A stretch of DNA of 64,000 nucleotides from positions 1 through 64,000 of the forward strand of contig CALKOM010000001.1 in NCBI GenBank assembly GCA_938091905.1. The letters run 5' to 3'. The stretch comes from an uncultured Verrucomicrobiales bacterium. GTDB taxonomy: Bacteria; Verrucomicrobiota; Verrucomicrobiia; Verrucomicrobiales; DEV007. The position numbers and the translations under genes were made by a program. The notes below the pieces were generated by a model. It worked only from the letters and a program-made list of their open reading frames with translations. It searched no databases and had not been told where the DNA came from. Positions 48,809 to 60,057 of the stretch are shown piece by piece (positions within the stretch are counted from its first letter, which is position 1; the number at the start of each line of letters is the position of its first letter).

Positions 48809-49693
48809 ATGAAAGGACTCGCACTTATGGCCACTACTGTCTTGCTGGGTACTCAATTTGTCGCCGCGCAGAAGATTGATTCTAAGGACCTGTTAACATT
48901 TGCAAAGCATACCCTAGACTTTGCCCAAGTTGATGGGCATACGCTCAAGCTTGATCTCTACCTTCCCAAGAATCGTGTGAAGTCACCACTGATAGTTTAT
49001 GTGCATGGTGGAGCGTGGCGTGCTGGGAGTCGAGAGGGCCTGCCACTGTTGGAGCTGTTGAATCATGGATGGGTGATTGCTAGTGTCGACTACCGGCTGT
49101 CTGGGGATGCGAAGTTTCCAGCGCAGGTTCATGATATCAAAGCAGCGATTCGTTTCTTGCGTGCCAAAGAAAGTGCCTATGGCTACGATGCGAAGTCCAT
49201 TGCCATTACCGGGTCGTCTGCGGGCGGTCATCTTGCTGCGTTGGTCGGTGTCAGCAATGGGCATGAGGCTTTGGAAGGAGACATCGGTGACCATTCAGAT
49301 GTCAATAGCTCAGTGCAAGCTATCGTTAGTTTCTATGGGGCTTCGAATTTATCGACAATACTGAGTCAGTCGACGCCGCATGGTTTGAGCGTACGTGTGC
49401 CTGCGCTCGATCTCTTGCTCGGTGGTTCACCCGAAGCCGAACCGGAATTAGCACAACTTGCTAGCCCAGTTGTTCATGTGGATGCCAAGGATCCGCCGCT
49501 CTTGCTCCTTCATGGCGATCAGGACCTTCAGATGCCGATTAACCAGTCTCACGAGCTTGAAGGTGCCTATAAGAAAGCCGGGGCACCTGTTCGCTTTGAA
49601 ATCGTGCATGGCGGGGCTCACGGGGGTGAGCACTTCTACACTTCAGATCAGCTAGAAGGTGTTTCAGCTTTCCTCAGAGAGACTTCTCAATGA
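48809..49693 (+). CDS. Secreted alpha/beta hydrolase (esterase/lipase, HSL-like)
   Basis: HGGAW oxyanion motif, GSSAGG nucleophile, HGDQD, AHG. Confidence 0.93.
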   Translation: MKGLALMATTVLLGTQFVAAQKIDSKDLLTFAKHTLDFAQVDGHTLKLDLYLPKNRVKSPLIVYVHGGAWRAGSREGLPLLELLNHGWVIASVDYRLSGDAKFPAQVHDIKAAIRFLRAKESAYGYDAKSIAITGSSAGGHLAALVGVSNGHEALEGDIGDHSDVNSSVQAIVSFYGASNLSTILSQSTPHGLSVRVPALDLLLGGSPEAEPELAQLASPVVHVDAKDPPLLLLHGDQDLQMPINQSHELEGAYKKAGAPVRFEIVHGGAHGGEHFYTSDQLEGVSAFLRETSQ

Positions 49694-49792
49694 CTTGGGA
49701 CGCCGTTTCTTGTGAAAAGATGGCTGTATTAGACCTTGTGCGTTTCTGAGATTCCGCTCGACGATGGTCTTGCCTGGGGCAGGATGCTGGCG

Positions 49793-50210
49793 ATGAAGTC
49801 CTCGTTTGAATACCTGGTGACGGGATAGGTGTGGATGTCACGGCGGAGGCTGTGCGCGTCTTGGACGCCGTTGTTGCTGGTAACGACGCGGTCTCACTTA
49901 CCTATCGCGAAGTTTCGGTCTGTGCAGGCGAGTTTCTCCGTAGTGGCGACCCTCTTCCGGAATCAGCGTTCAACGCTTGTCGAGAGGCGGATGCCTTCTT
50001 GTTTGGTGCCATGGGGCTTCCCAGCGTCCGCTGGCCAGACGGTCGAGAAATGACTCCCCAGATAGATCTTCGGGAGCGCCTGGATCTGTACGCAGGCCTG
50101 CGTCCGATCTATCTCTACGCGGCAGAAGATTCTCCCTTGAAGAAACATCAAGCGGGCGACATCGGCTTCCTGTTAGTTCGTGAAAACACCGAGGGCCTCT
50201 TTGCTGCCTG
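49793..50210 (+). pseudogene. 5' fragment of an isocitrate/isopropylmalate dehydrogenase-family gene
   Basis: TGA (49807-49809) then IPGDGIGVDVTAEA...GAMGLP...LRERLDLYAGLRP...VRENTEGLF, after which homology stops. Confidence 0.85.
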
Positions 50211-50228
50211 TCTCAATGCGACACGCCT

Positions 50229-51140
50229 GTCGAAGGAGGCCAGTGGACGCTGGCTTCGGAGACCCCATTCGCCAAGGGCGCTGTCTTTGGCTTTCGAAAC
50301 TCACATTTGCCCAAATGGGTCGAGGAGAAGACTGCTGGAAAGTGCCTAGCCAGTAACGTAGGCTCGATCGATCTGCCAACCATTCGGCGTGGGCCTGAGG
50401 CGGTAGCTGAACAACTTACTACCTTTGCTCCGGGATCAGTTGGCGTTGTCAATGAACTGAACATGAGCGACATGGAGGTCGTGGTGGCGGCCATTCTGGA
50501 TGCGGAAGCCCAAGGCCAGCGGTTCCTTTATCGCACGGCAGCTTCATTCGTACGAGCCCGAGCAGGGCTACCCAAGAAGCCGTGGCTGGAAGGAGAAGAG
50601 TTGGTGTCGGCAGGTGGGCAAACGGGAGGTCTGGTTGTTGTGGGTTCTTACGTGCCGAAGACGACTCAGCAGTTGGATGTACTCCCAGATTCTAAGGTCT
50701 TGACCCCTGTTGAAATCGATGTGGCCGCTCTACTAGAAGTTGAGTTGCTTGATGCCCTGTTCGCTGAGCTGAACGAACGTCTGGCCAGGGGGGAATCCTG
50801 CGTTGTTTACACGAGTCGCAAGTTGATCACGGGAGAGTCCGATGCCGAGAATCTCAGCATCGGCCAGAAAGTTTCGCAAACGTTAGTTAATCTTGTGAAG
50901 CAGCTCCCACAAGCGCCACGCTACCTGGTGGCGAAGGGGGGAATCACCTCAAGCGACCTTGCTACGAAAGCGCTTGGCATGTGCGGTGCGATCGTCAGAG
51001 GGCAGATCTTGCCGGGCATTCCAGTCTGGCAGCCTGATGAGAAGACGCTCTTCCCAGGATTGCCTTACGTCGTCTTCCCAGGGAATGTTGGCAGTGATAC
51101 TGCTTTGTTAGAAGCCGTTCGCAAACTGGACCATGAGTAA
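50229..51140 (+). pseudogene. 3' part of a four-carbon acid-sugar kinase (DUF1537 family), N-terminus missing
   Basis: ETPFAKGAVFGF..WVEEKT, YRTAASFV, GSYVPKTTQQL, AKGGITSSD, VFPGNVG; no N-terminal DDD.TG motif. Confidence 0.85.
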
Positions 51141-52196
51141 GAAACTGAAAGGAATGTGCGTGGGACCCGGTTACTTCAGCCGTTTCCAATACGAAGCCTG
51201 GGCTCGGATCCCAGAGGTTGACATTGTCGCGATCTGCAATCGCTCTGCAGAGAAAGCCCAGGAGATCGCCGATGAGCATGGCGTCCCGCGGGTGTCCTCG
51301 GTGACAGACTTTGAGAAGGTCCTTACCGAAGAGAAACCAGACTTTGTGGATATCATTACGCCGCCGGAGACGCATCTCGATCTTTGCAAGATCGCGGTGG
51401 CTCATGGGGGGATGTTATTTGCCAGAAGCCGCTGGCACCCATATACGAGGAAATGTTAGAGCTTGCGTCCTTGGCCAAGGAATCCTCAGGCCGTTTCATG
51501 GTGCATGAGAATTGGTGCTGGCAACCCTGGTATCGCGAACTCAAACGCCTGATCACCGAAGGAACGCTTGGAGAGATCTATCATTTCACCATTCAAACAC
51601 GTCTCGGGGATGGTTGGGGTGAAGATGCCTATCTTGCAAGGCAGTCGTTCTTTAGAGAGTATCCGCGGCTATTCATCTTTGAAACCGGCGTTCATTTCCT
51701 CGACACCTTTCGCTTTCTCTTTGGCGAAGTGAAATCGATCTACGCACGAACCGCACAGCGAAATCCTGTCATCAAAGGGGAAGACAGTGCACGCATCATC
51801 TGCGAAATGGAGAACGGCATCACGATCGTGCTTGATGCCAATCGCTACAACGAATGCGAAGCAGGAGATCCGCGTTACACCTTCGGCCAATATAGTATCG
51901 AAGGGAGCAAGGGCCATCTGGAGATGAACGAAGAAGGGAATATGCGCCTCAAGCTTCTTGGAGAGCCAAGTAGAGAGGACGCGTATCACCATGAGAAGTG
52001 CCAGTTTGCCGGTGATTGTGTCCATGCGCTGCAGCAGCACTTTGTGACCTCGGCGCAGAACAACACCCCCTTTTAAAGCACGCCAGAGGATTATTTGAAG
52101 AGCGTCTTGTTAGTTGAGCAAGCCTACGAGTCGGCTGCCGAGAATCGGGTGGTGACTGTAGACAACTGGACAACCGGGGTGTTACCTGGGACGTAA
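51133..52196 (+). pseudogene. Gfo/Idh/MocA oxidoreductase pseudogene
   Basis: GPGYFS..DIITPPETH; frameshift in a G6 run (51406-51411) before ICQKP; TAA at 52074-52076 within PF*STPEDYLKS; reading continues to 52196. Confidence 0.88.
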
Positions 52197-52209
52197 GGTT
52201 GACGACGCT

Positions 52210-52884
52210 ATGGCGACACCAATCATCCAAGCAGAAGGTTTGACCAAGGCTTTTGGCTCGAACGAGGTCTTACGCTCTGTCGACCTCGAGCTAGCCACGG
52301 GTGAGCGGGTGGCATTAATTGGACCATCCGGTTCAGGCAAGAGCACGCTCTTGAACTGCTTGGGAGGGTTGGAGCGTGTGGATGGTGGATCGCTAATCTT
52401 TGATGGTCTGGAGATGCAAGAGATGGGTGGCGATGCTCTGGCCGCCTTGCGGCGCGAGCGGCTGAGTTCGATTTTTCAGTTCTTTCACCTTTTGCCGACG
52501 CTGACGGCGGAAGAGAATGTGGCGTTTCCCTTGCGTTTGTTAGACTTGTCTTCAGAGGAACGCGACCAACGAGTCGAGGATCTGATGGATAAGGTGCAAC
52601 TCACGCCGCGAAAACATGCCTTGCCAGAACAGCTCAGTGGTGGAGAACAGCAGCGTGTGGCCATTGCGCGTGCGCTGGCCATACGGCCGAAGTTGATCCT
52701 CGCAGATGAACCTACAGGAAATCTGGATAGTGTTACGGGAGCTGCCATTCTAGAACTGATCGAGTCGTTGACTGAAGCCTACCAAACAGGGCTTGTGCTA
52801 GTAACGCATAGTCTGGAAGCGACTCGGATTTGTCACCGAACCTTGCGCATGCGTGATGGCGTCATTCTGGAGGAAGGAGTGTAG
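52210..52884 (+). CDS. ABC transporter ATP-binding protein (LolD/MacB-like)
   Basis: [38 protein letters not shown]. Confidence 0.95.
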   Translation: MATPIIQAEGLTKAFGSNEVLRSVDLELATGERVALIGPSGSGKSTLLNCLGGLERVDGGSLIFDGLEMQEMGGDALAALRRERLSSIFQFFHLLPTLTAEENVAFPLRLLDLSSEERDQRVEDLMDKVQLTPRKHALPEQLSGGEQQRVAIARALAIRPKLILADEPTGNLDSVTGAAILELIESLTEAYQTGLVLVTHSLEATRICHRTLRMRDGVILEEGV

Positions 52885-52893
52885 TTCATTTGT

Positions 52894-55485
52894 ATGCGCG
52901 TTTGGTTTGATGAGCTGGTCTTGCTGTGGCGGCAGTTTACGTGGCGTCATTGGTGTGCAGCTCCATGGAAGACCCTGCTACTGACTGGCATTCTCGCGCT
53001 TGGAGTGGCGGTCTTCTTCTCGATCCGCCTAGCGAATCGCGCAGCAGTAGCAGGCTTTCAGCTTTTTTCAGAGAATGTGACGGGCACGAGTGACTATGTG
53101 CTAACCTCAGCGGCCGGTGAGCTTCCGATCGAGTTGTTGCAAGAGATGCGAGTGGCTTTGGGAGACATTCCTGCCGGACTGTTTCCAGTGTTAGAGTCCA
53201 CGGCGATTAAGCCGATGGTTGGCACGGAAGGCTTAGGCGCGACGTCGTTTCAGGTGATCGGAGTGGATCTTGCGACGCTCCCTAACATTACTTATCTTTC
53301 GGAAAATGGAGAGACGTCCATGGTCTCCGATTCTGGCCAGTTGAGCGACACTGAATTGGGGAGCGACTCGGCGTTGTTTATCTCGAGCACGTTGGCTGCC
53401 AAACATGAATGGGAGGAGAGCGACCAAGTCTCACTAATCTTTGACGATCAAATTCACGAGTGTCTGATCGCCGGTGTGCTGCCGGGTGGCGACTTTGCTG
53501 TGCAGCAGCCAGACAATCTTATCGTGATGGATTTGCCGCAACTGCAGTCGATCACGTCGCAGATGGATCGTGTGCACCGAGTGGAAGTTCGAGTGCCAGC
53601 AGGGCAGTGGGAAGTTGCCTGGAAAGGAGAAGCAGGTGAGCGTTTGGAGAGGGCGGCTGACGGGCGTTGGCTTGTTGAGACGCCAGATCAGCGCCGAGAA
53701 ACGGGGAGTACGATGACAAAGGCGTTTCGGATGAACCTCAGCATCCTGTCATGCCTAGCATTGATCGTGGGTATTTATTTGATTTTGCAGGCACTGGACG
53801 CTGCCGTCGTTAGACGACGGCCAGAGATTGCAACCTTACGTGCTTTGGGCGTGTCGCCGAAGCGGATTCGTCAAGCCTGGCAGATGGAGGCTTTTGTGAT
53901 GGGAGTAGTTGGAACGGCGATTGGCCTATTGATCGGTTGGGGCTTGGCGCAATTCACCGTGCGGGCTATTGCGCAGACTGTGAATGCTCTCTACTATAGT
54001 AACACTACAGCTGCAGCGGGGTGGCATTGGGGAGAGGCGCTGATGGCGGGCTTGGTCGGCGTTCTCGCTAGTGGAATTGCTGGGTGGTTGCCGGCGAAGG
54101 ATGCCTCGCAGACGCCGCCAGCACAAATGCTGCAGCGAGGGGCTCGCTCAGACGGTCTCCGCCTTCTGACGAAGCCGTGGCTCGGGGTGGGCTTGTTGGT
54201 CGTGGCGATGCTGGCGCACGTGGCACCACCTTGGCGCGATGCCGCTGGCGGTGTGGTGCCTTTGGCCGGCTACGCGGCAGCGTTTCTTTGGGTGGCCGGT
54301 GCTGGCATCTTGTGTGGTACTCTGTTTCGCTCACTTGCTTGCGTAGGCACGGCTGCAAGTTCAGAGAGACCAGCGATGTTTTATGCAGCGAGCCAGCTGC
54401 GAAAGGCTACGGGTCGGCATCGTCTAGCGACGGCGGGGCTGGTCGTCGCGGTGGCGATGGCTGGCGGGATGAGTATTCTCGTTGGCAGTTTTGAGTCGAC
54501 CGTGACGCGATGGTTAGACAGTGTCATGAAAGCCGATCTCTTTGTGGCCTGTCAGGGCATTGGCAATGCGTCGAGCCGTAACCGTCTTCAGGAATCGACT
54601 TGGCGAGCTCTTCAGAAGGAAGCGTCCGTGGCAAACTGTGAAGTGTCTCAGTTCTATCGCATTCGTTTGGGGGAGAAACTGACGATCTTGGCTGGCGTCG
54701 ATCTAAAAGCTTCCCAGGGTTCATTGGCACCCATCTGGCTGGAGGCACCGCCTGCGGATCTTGCCGAAGTGGAGGGAAGGAGCTGGGGCGTCATGAGTGA
54801 GCCGTTTGCCTATCGGTTTAACACGAAGGTTGGGGATACGGTGGATGTGCCGACGCCGAAGGGGCCGCGGAAGGTGACGTTGGCAGGAATTTTCGCAGAC
54901 TACGGCAATGAATTTGGAAGCATTGTTGTGGAGAGAGAGATTCTCAGCGATTGGTTCGAGGATACTCGGGCCGCGCGTATGGCGATTTCTCTCGACGACT
55001 CGGCGGATCTCTCTGCCATCCAAGCGGATTGGCTCCAGCGCTATCCTGGCATTGTGGTGACAAATAATCGCGAGTTGCGAGGCGAAGCATTGCGCATCTT
55101 TCACCAGACCTTTGCTGTGACCCATGGTTTGAAATGGATCGGGGTCTTTGTCGCGGTGGCGGGTCTCGCGCTTGCGTTAGCGAGCATGCTTGCGGAACGG
55201 CTTCGCGAACTTACAACTTTGCGTGCGCTCGGGCTTGGCCATCGTGAGATTGGTCGCGCCGCGGCCTGGGAGAGCCTTGGGCTGGCGATGGTGGGACTGA
55301 CTGTGGGCATTTCTCTTAGCTTGGTGCTGGGCCACCTCATCATCTTCGTCATCAATCGTCAGGCTTTTGGCTGGACCCTGCTTTTCAAAGTGCCGTGGTC
55401 TGACCTCGCGATTCTGGCAGGCGGCGTGCTGGCGATTTCTGCCATCGTCGGGTATGTGACCGGTGCCCGTGTGGGCAAGGCCTAA
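52894..55485 (+). CDS. FtsX/MacB-like ABC permease (double-repeat, AttF/G-type)
   Basis: 863 aa; two RRPEIATLRALG / RLRELTTLRALG repeats; INRQAFGW. Confidence 0.9.
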   Translation: MRVWFDELVLLWRQFTWRHWCAAPWKTLLLTGILALGVAVFFSIRLANRAAVAGFQLFSENVTGTSDYVLTSAAGELPIELLQEMRVALGDIPAGLFPVLESTAIKPMVGTEGLGATSFQVIGVDLATLPNITYLSENGETSMVSDSGQLSDTELGSDSALFISSTLAAKHEWEESDQVSLIFDDQIHECLIAGVLPGGDFAVQQPDNLIVMDLPQLQSITSQMDRVHRVEVRVPAGQWEVAWKGEAGERLERAADGRWLVETPDQRRETGSTMTKAFRMNLSILSCLALIVGIYLILQALDAAVVRRRPEIATLRALGVSPKRIRQAWQMEAFVMGVVGTAIGLLIGWGLAQFTVRAIAQTVNALYYSNTTAAAGWHWGEALMAGLVGVLASGIAGWLPAKDASQTPPAQMLQRGARSDGLRLLTKPWLGVGLLVVAMLAHVAPPWRDAAGGVVPLAGYAAAFLWVAGAGILCGTLFRSLACVGTAASSERPAMFYAASQLRKATGRHRLATAGLVVAVAMAGGMSILVGSFESTVTRWLDSVMKADLFVACQGIGNASSRNRLQESTWRALQKEASVANCEVSQFYRIRLGEKLTILAGVDLKASQGSLAPIWLEAPPADLAEVEGRSWGVMSEPFAYRFNTKVGDTVDVPTPKGPRKVTLAGIFADYGNEFGSIVVEREILSDWFEDTRAARMAISLDDSADLSAIQADWLQRYPGIVVTNNRELRGEALRIFHQTFAVTHGLKWIGVFVAVAGLALALASMLAERLRELTTLRALGLGHREIGRAAAWESLGLAMVGLTVGISLSLVLGHLIIFVINRQAFGWTLLFKVPWSDLAILAGGVLAISAIVGYVTGARVGKA

Positions 55486-55530
55486 GAATCTTTGGTCGAC
55501 TCCGGTGACCAAGAGTGTCCAAGCTGGGGA

Positions 55531-57111
55531 ATGTTCCGCTTCTTTAGACGCCGACCGATCATCACGGCCTTTCTCTTGCTGCTAGTTGGGGTGGGCATCT
55601 TCGTGAGAGTGCGTATGCACGGGCCTTATCGTGACTACCGTGTGTCCCAGGCCTGGGTTTCTCAGGCTCCGGCGGACGAAGCGCTTTTAGTGGGAGCAGC
55701 CATGCGAGACATCACGCCAGAGTTGGCGGCGTATGATTCATGGGTCGATGCGGATCAGAATTCGAAGTTTGAGCCCGACAAGGGGGATACTTATGAAGAC
55801 CGAAACGGAAATGGCGACTTCGACTTTGTTTGGTTAGGTGGGTTTGATGCAAATAGGCCCGCTCAGGGAGTCAACGACCCGCTCAGTTCGCGAGCCATTG
55901 CTGTTCGGCATGGGGAACGTACCGTAGTATTGGTGAGCATTGATAGTGTGGGATTGACTCATGAGCGGTTTATCAGAATCCGAAAGTCGATCGATCATGC
56001 TGCTTATGGCATCGATCACATCATCTTCTCCAGCACGCATACTCATAATAGCCCGGACACGATGGGCATTTGGAGCTACCGCCGGTTGCCCTTCCGTTTT
56101 GATCACGACTACATTGATTTGCTCACAGTTAGGACACGAGAAGCCATCTTGGACGCGATGAGCAATCTGCAGCCAGCTGAAACGAGCTATGCTTCGTTGC
56201 AAATGGAGCCTGCTGGCTACGTTCGAGATTCTCGAAAGCCTGAAGTGTATGATCGTGTGTTGGGTGCTGTGCACTTCAAGGGAAAGGATACGCAAGAGAC
56301 GATCGCTACGCTCGTAAGTTGGGGAAATCACCCTGAGGCAATGGGTAGCAAAAACCCGCTGGTGAGTTCGGACTTCGTTCACTACTTGCGTGAAGGTGTA
56401 GAGAAAGGGTTGCCTGAGCCTAACGGATGTCGGGGGCTCGGTGGCCTGTGCGTGTTCTTTCAAGGAACCGTCGGTGGACTAATGACCCCACTGGGAGTCG
56501 ACGTTCCTGACCGGGATGGTGTCACCATCCACGAAGAAGATGGTCCAGGAAAGACGAAAGCGCTTGGTGAAAACCTTGCGCTTCGTACAGTGGCATTGTT
56601 AGAAAGCGAATCGACACCTCTGCAATCGAACAAACTCGCTTTGGCTGCCGAAACGATCTTTGTGCCGATTACTGGTACCTACAAATATCCCATTATGCTC
56701 GGTGTCATCCATCCGGGTTGGTACGACGGCAATGCCAAGTCGGAAATCAATGCCCTTCGTCTCGGTGAGGTCGAGATGCTCATGATCCCTGGCGAGATCT
56801 ATCCCGAGATTGTCGATGGCGGCGTAGAGTCCCCTGAGGGCGCCGATTTCCCTGGGGAGCCGATCGAAGCGCCTCCTCTACGCCCTCAGATGAAAGGCGA
56901 GCTCAATCTTGTGATCGGCCTCGCGAATGACGAGATCGGCTACATCCTCCCGAGAACACAGTGGGACAGCAAAGCCCCCTACACCTACGGTCGGGACAAG
57001 CGTCCCTACGGGGAAATCACGTCAGGTGGCTCAGGGTTGGGACCTATTATTTACCAAAAGTCAAAAGCAGTGCTCACCGAGCTCCATAACACTAGCGGGC
57101 CACTCGAATAG
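55531..57111 (+). CDS. Membrane-anchored neutral/alkaline ceramidase-like hydrolase
   Basis: N-terminal TM; DITP, GVNDPL..RA, STHTHNSPD, NHPE, PGEIYPE, LANDEIGY. Confidence 0.7.
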   Translation: MFRFFRRRPIITAFLLLLVGVGIFVRVRMHGPYRDYRVSQAWVSQAPADEALLVGAAMRDITPELAAYDSWVDADQNSKFEPDKGDTYEDRNGNGDFDFVWLGGFDANRPAQGVNDPLSSRAIAVRHGERTVVLVSIDSVGLTHERFIRIRKSIDHAAYGIDHIIFSSTHTHNSPDTMGIWSYRRLPFRFDHDYIDLLTVRTREAILDAMSNLQPAETSYASLQMEPAGYVRDSRKPEVYDRVLGAVHFKGKDTQETIATLVSWGNHPEAMGSKNPLVSSDFVHYLREGVEKGLPEPNGCRGLGGLCVFFQGTVGGLMTPLGVDVPDRDGVTIHEEDGPGKTKALGENLALRTVALLESESTPLQSNKLALAAETIFVPITGTYKYPIMLGVIHPGWYDGNAKSEINALRLGEVEMLMIPGEIYPEIVDGGVESPEGADFPGEPIEAPPLRPQMKGELNLVIGLANDEIGYILPRTQWDSKAPYTYGRDKRPYGEITSGGSGLGPIIYQKSKAVLTELHNTSGPLE

Positions 57112-57149
57112 TAGTGTGATTTCTCCTGAGAGTGTGGTAGTCATCGGCG

Positions 57150-57749
57150 ATGAAGCTTCTCCCGTTTCTTCTGATTGTGATCGCTCACACCACTTCATTC
57201 GCTGGGATGATCTTTCAGTTCGACAATCAAACTACCGCCATTGGAATTGCGTTAGACAATCAGACTTCAGGGACTTTCGGCGTGGGTGGCATCCAGATGA
57301 CCGCTACTGCAAGTACTGGTGTTTTCAACACAACCGCCGACAACTTTGGTATCAATCAACAGGCATCTAACGATGACACCGATGGATTTGACTTCACGGA
57401 AGGCGGCGGTTCCGGTGTTGCCGAAGGGCTCACCATCAAATTTGATCAGAATGTTCTCCTTGAGAACTTTGATGTGAGTTCTTTTAATGCTGGAAACGAC
57501 CAGATATCGCTGAAGGTTGGAGCAAGCAACGTTGCAACAGTGACTGGCACTGGCACGACTTCGCTGGGCAACTTTGCGTTGACTGCAAATACTGATTTGC
57601 TGATAAGCACTACGGGAGGAATCTATGGTAACGGCTGGTCACTGGACTTTATCGAGGTCAGCGCAGCCCCCGTTCCAGAACCATCCTCGATGCTTCTTGC
57701 GGGAGGACTCACCCTTCTTCTAATCGGTCATCGCCGCCGCAAAGTCTAG
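57150..57749 (+). CDS. PEP-CTERM sorting-domain protein
   Basis: Signal peptide; C-terminal VPEPSS, TM helix, then RRRK. Confidence 0.95.
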   Translation: MKLLPFLLIVIAHTTSFAGMIFQFDNQTTAIGIALDNQTSGTFGVGGIQMTATASTGVFNTTADNFGINQQASNDDTDGFDFTEGGGSGVAEGLTIKFDQNVLLENFDVSSFNAGNDQISLKVGASNVATVTGTGTTSLGNFALTANTDLLISTTGGIYGNGWSLDFIEVSAAPVPEPSSMLLAGGLTLLLIGHRRRKV

Positions 57750-57753
57750 TTTC

Positions 57754-60057
57754 CTAACTCTTCGAGATCGACTCGTCGAGGTTAAGGATTATGGACGCTA
57801 CCGCAGCGTAGGACGCGAGTTCGGCAGGGTCTAGCGCTTTGTTAGTTTTATGTTCGCCTCCGGTAAGGTAGTGGTTAGTCATTTCTTCATCGCCATTGAA
57901 TTCGCGGTAGCGATCGTTGAACTCGGCTTTGAGGATGGTAAGCTCGTCTTTGTTGGGCTTCCGAGAGGTTGCTAGCCGAAAAGCGAAGCTGAGGCGGGCA
58001 TCGAGGTGATCGCCGCCTTCTTGGATCATACGTTCGGCGAGGACGCGAGCGGCTTCGGTGAACTGAACGTCATTGAGGAGGACGAGGGCTTGGAGTGGGG
58101 TGTTGGTTTGTTCGCGGCGCGTGCGACAGGCGATGCGGCCGTCGGCGCCTAAGAGGCGCATGTTGGCGGCGGGGATTTGTCGTTTCCAGTAGGTGTAGAG
58201 GCTGCGGCGATAGAGGTCTTCTCCTTCTCCGACGGCAAACTTGGCTTCGGCAGCGCCGATGGCATTTCTGCCAAACAGTTCGGCGGGTTGGTAGGGGCGG
58301 ACCCCTGGGCCGCCGGATTTTGTGACTAACAAACCGCTGGTGGCGAGTGCGTGATCTCGAATGAACTCGGCGCTGAGGCGTTGGCGAGGCGCGCGTGCGA
58401 GCAGGCGATTGTCGGGGTCTTGATCGTTTGCAGACGTTCGAACACTGGATTGTTGGTAAGCGGTTGAGGTGACGATTTGTCTAATGAGCGCCTTCGTGTC
58501 CCAGCCAGAATCTATGAACGTGACTGCGAGATGATCGAGTAACTGGTGATGGGAGGGGCGTTCCCCTTGGGTCCCGAAATCTTCGGACGTCTTCACGAGC
58601 CCAGTGCCGAAGAGCATCTGCCAGAGCCGATTCACGGCGACGCGGGCTGTGAGAGGGTGGTTAGGATCTGTCATCCACTGGGCGAGGCCGAGCCGATTCT
58701 TGGGCAGGGATTCGTCATAGGGCATGACACTACTTGGCCCGACGGCCTCGACCTCTTCTCCGGGCTTGTCATACTCACCGCGGAGTAGGACGTACATGGC
58801 CCGAGGTTTCTCCGAGTCGGAGGCGATCATGCTGACGGGAATGGTCGTGTCGATCTTGCGTTGTTCCTTTTTGAAGGCTTCGAGTTCCTGATGCTCGGGA
58901 GTGTCCTTCTTGGGCTTGCCTAGTTCGCCGATGGACTTCTTGATTTCTGCCAGGCGAGCGTCTTTCTCTGGCGTGCTGAACTTTAGAATAGGATCAGTGG
59001 CCCCCTTGGTGTTTCCTCTGCCCACGAGATTGTTGAAGAATCCGCCAAACTGATAGTACTCCTTCTGCGTCATCGGATCGAACTTGTGATCATGACATTG
59101 TGCGCATTCCATGGTGAGGCCGAGGAACGCAGTCGAGGTGGTGTTGACGCGGTCGATGAGATACTTGATTCGGTAATCCTCGTCGATTAGTCCACCTTCG
59201 TTCGAGGTGGCGTTGTTGCGGAGGAATCCTGTGGCCAGCTTCTGATCGACGCTCGGTTCAGGGAGAAGATCGCCTGCGAGTTGCCAAGTGAGGAACTTGT
59301 CGTAGGGCAGATTCTCATTGAAGGCCTGAACGACCCAGTCTCGCCACAGGTAGATGCTACGCGGGTGATCTTCAAAGAGGCCGTCGGTGTCGCCATAGCG
59401 AGCGATGTCGAGCCATTCCAAGGCGAGACGTTCGCCAAACGCAGGCGACTCGAGCAAGCGATTGATTGCCTTTGGCCAGGCGGACGCTTGGTCTTCGGCG
59501 AGGAAGGTGTCCATCTCCGCCAACGTCGGAGCCAGTCCGGTGAGATCGAAACTGAGACGGCGTAGCAGGTGTTCTCGGCTAGCGCGTGCAGCTGGTTTCA
59601 TGCCTTTCTCTTCCAAGCGTGCTAGGATGAAATGATCGACAGGGTTCACGTCGTGTGGAAGAGCGGCTTTGCTAGGAGAAATGAAAGCCCAGTGGCGTTC
59701 CCAAGGAGCCCCTTGCTCAATCCAGCTGGTTAAGAGAGCGATTTCCTCCTTGGTCACGGAAGTCTTGGCTTCGGGTGGTGGCATGACCTCGTCAGGATCT
59801 TGGCTGGTGATACGCCGCAAGATATGGCTCTTGTTAGGATGGCCTTCGGCTATGGGGACAAGACCGTCCGCTTCAAGCGCTGTCTTGGCGGCATCCTCCT
59901 GATCGAGACGCAATCCCGCTTTGCGCGAGGCCGAGTCGGGGCCGTGACAAGCAAAGCAGCGATCCGATAGGATAGGCCGGATGTGCTCATTGAAGGAAAC
60001 GGTCTCGGCGTAAGCGGCCAGAGTTGCGAGTAGCAAGGCGAACGAAGCAAGTCTCAT
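57754..60057 (-). CDS. Planctomycete cytochrome c + DUF1549 + DUF1553 protein
   Basis: [43 protein letters not shown]. Confidence 0.93.
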   Translation of the reverse strand: MRLASFALLLATLAAYAETVSFNEHIRPILSDRCFACHGPDSASRKAGLRLDQEDAAKTALEADGLVPIAEGHPNKSHILRRITSQDPDEVMPPPEAKTSVTKEEIALLTSWIEQGAPWERHWAFISPSKAALPHDVNPVDHFILARLEEKGMKPAARASREHLLRRLSFDLTGLAPTLAEMDTFLAEDQASAWPKAINRLLESPAFGERLALEWLDIARYGDTDGLFEDHPRSIYLWRDWVVQAFNENLPYDKFLTWQLAGDLLPEPSVDQKLATGFLRNNATSNEGGLIDEDYRIKYLIDRVNTTSTAFLGLTMECAQCHDHKFDPMTQKEYYQFGGFFNNLVGRGNTKGATDPILKFSTPEKDARLAEIKKSIGELGKPKKDTPEHQELEAFKKEQRKIDTTIPVSMIASDSEKPRAMYVLLRGEYDKPGEEVEAVGPSSVMPYDESLPKNRLGLAQWMTDPNHPLTARVAVNRLWQMLFGTGLVKTSEDFGTQGERPSHHQLLDHLAVTFIDSGWDTKALIRQIVTSTAYQQSSVRTSANDQDPDNRLLARAPRQRLSAEFIRDHALATSGLLVTKSGGPGVRPYQPAELFGRNAIGAAEAKFAVGEGEDLYRRSLYTYWKRQIPAANMRLLGADGRIACRTRREQTNTPLQALVLLNDVQFTEAARVLAERMIQEGGDHLDARLSFAFRLATSRKPNKDELTILKAEFNDRYREFNGDEEMTNHYLTGGEHKTNKALDPAELASYAAVASIILNLDESISKS

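Noticed and set aside
51406..51411. Phase-variable or programmed frameshift at the G6 run
   Set aside because: The run is short, and the same gene has a separate nonsense codon and truncated neighbours, so decay is the simpler explanation
7603..52196. Stop-codon reassignment explaining the in-frame stops
   Set aside because: The interrupting stops include TAG, TGA and TAA and come with frameshifts or deletions; intact genes (hisD, uvrA, moaC) end normally at TAG
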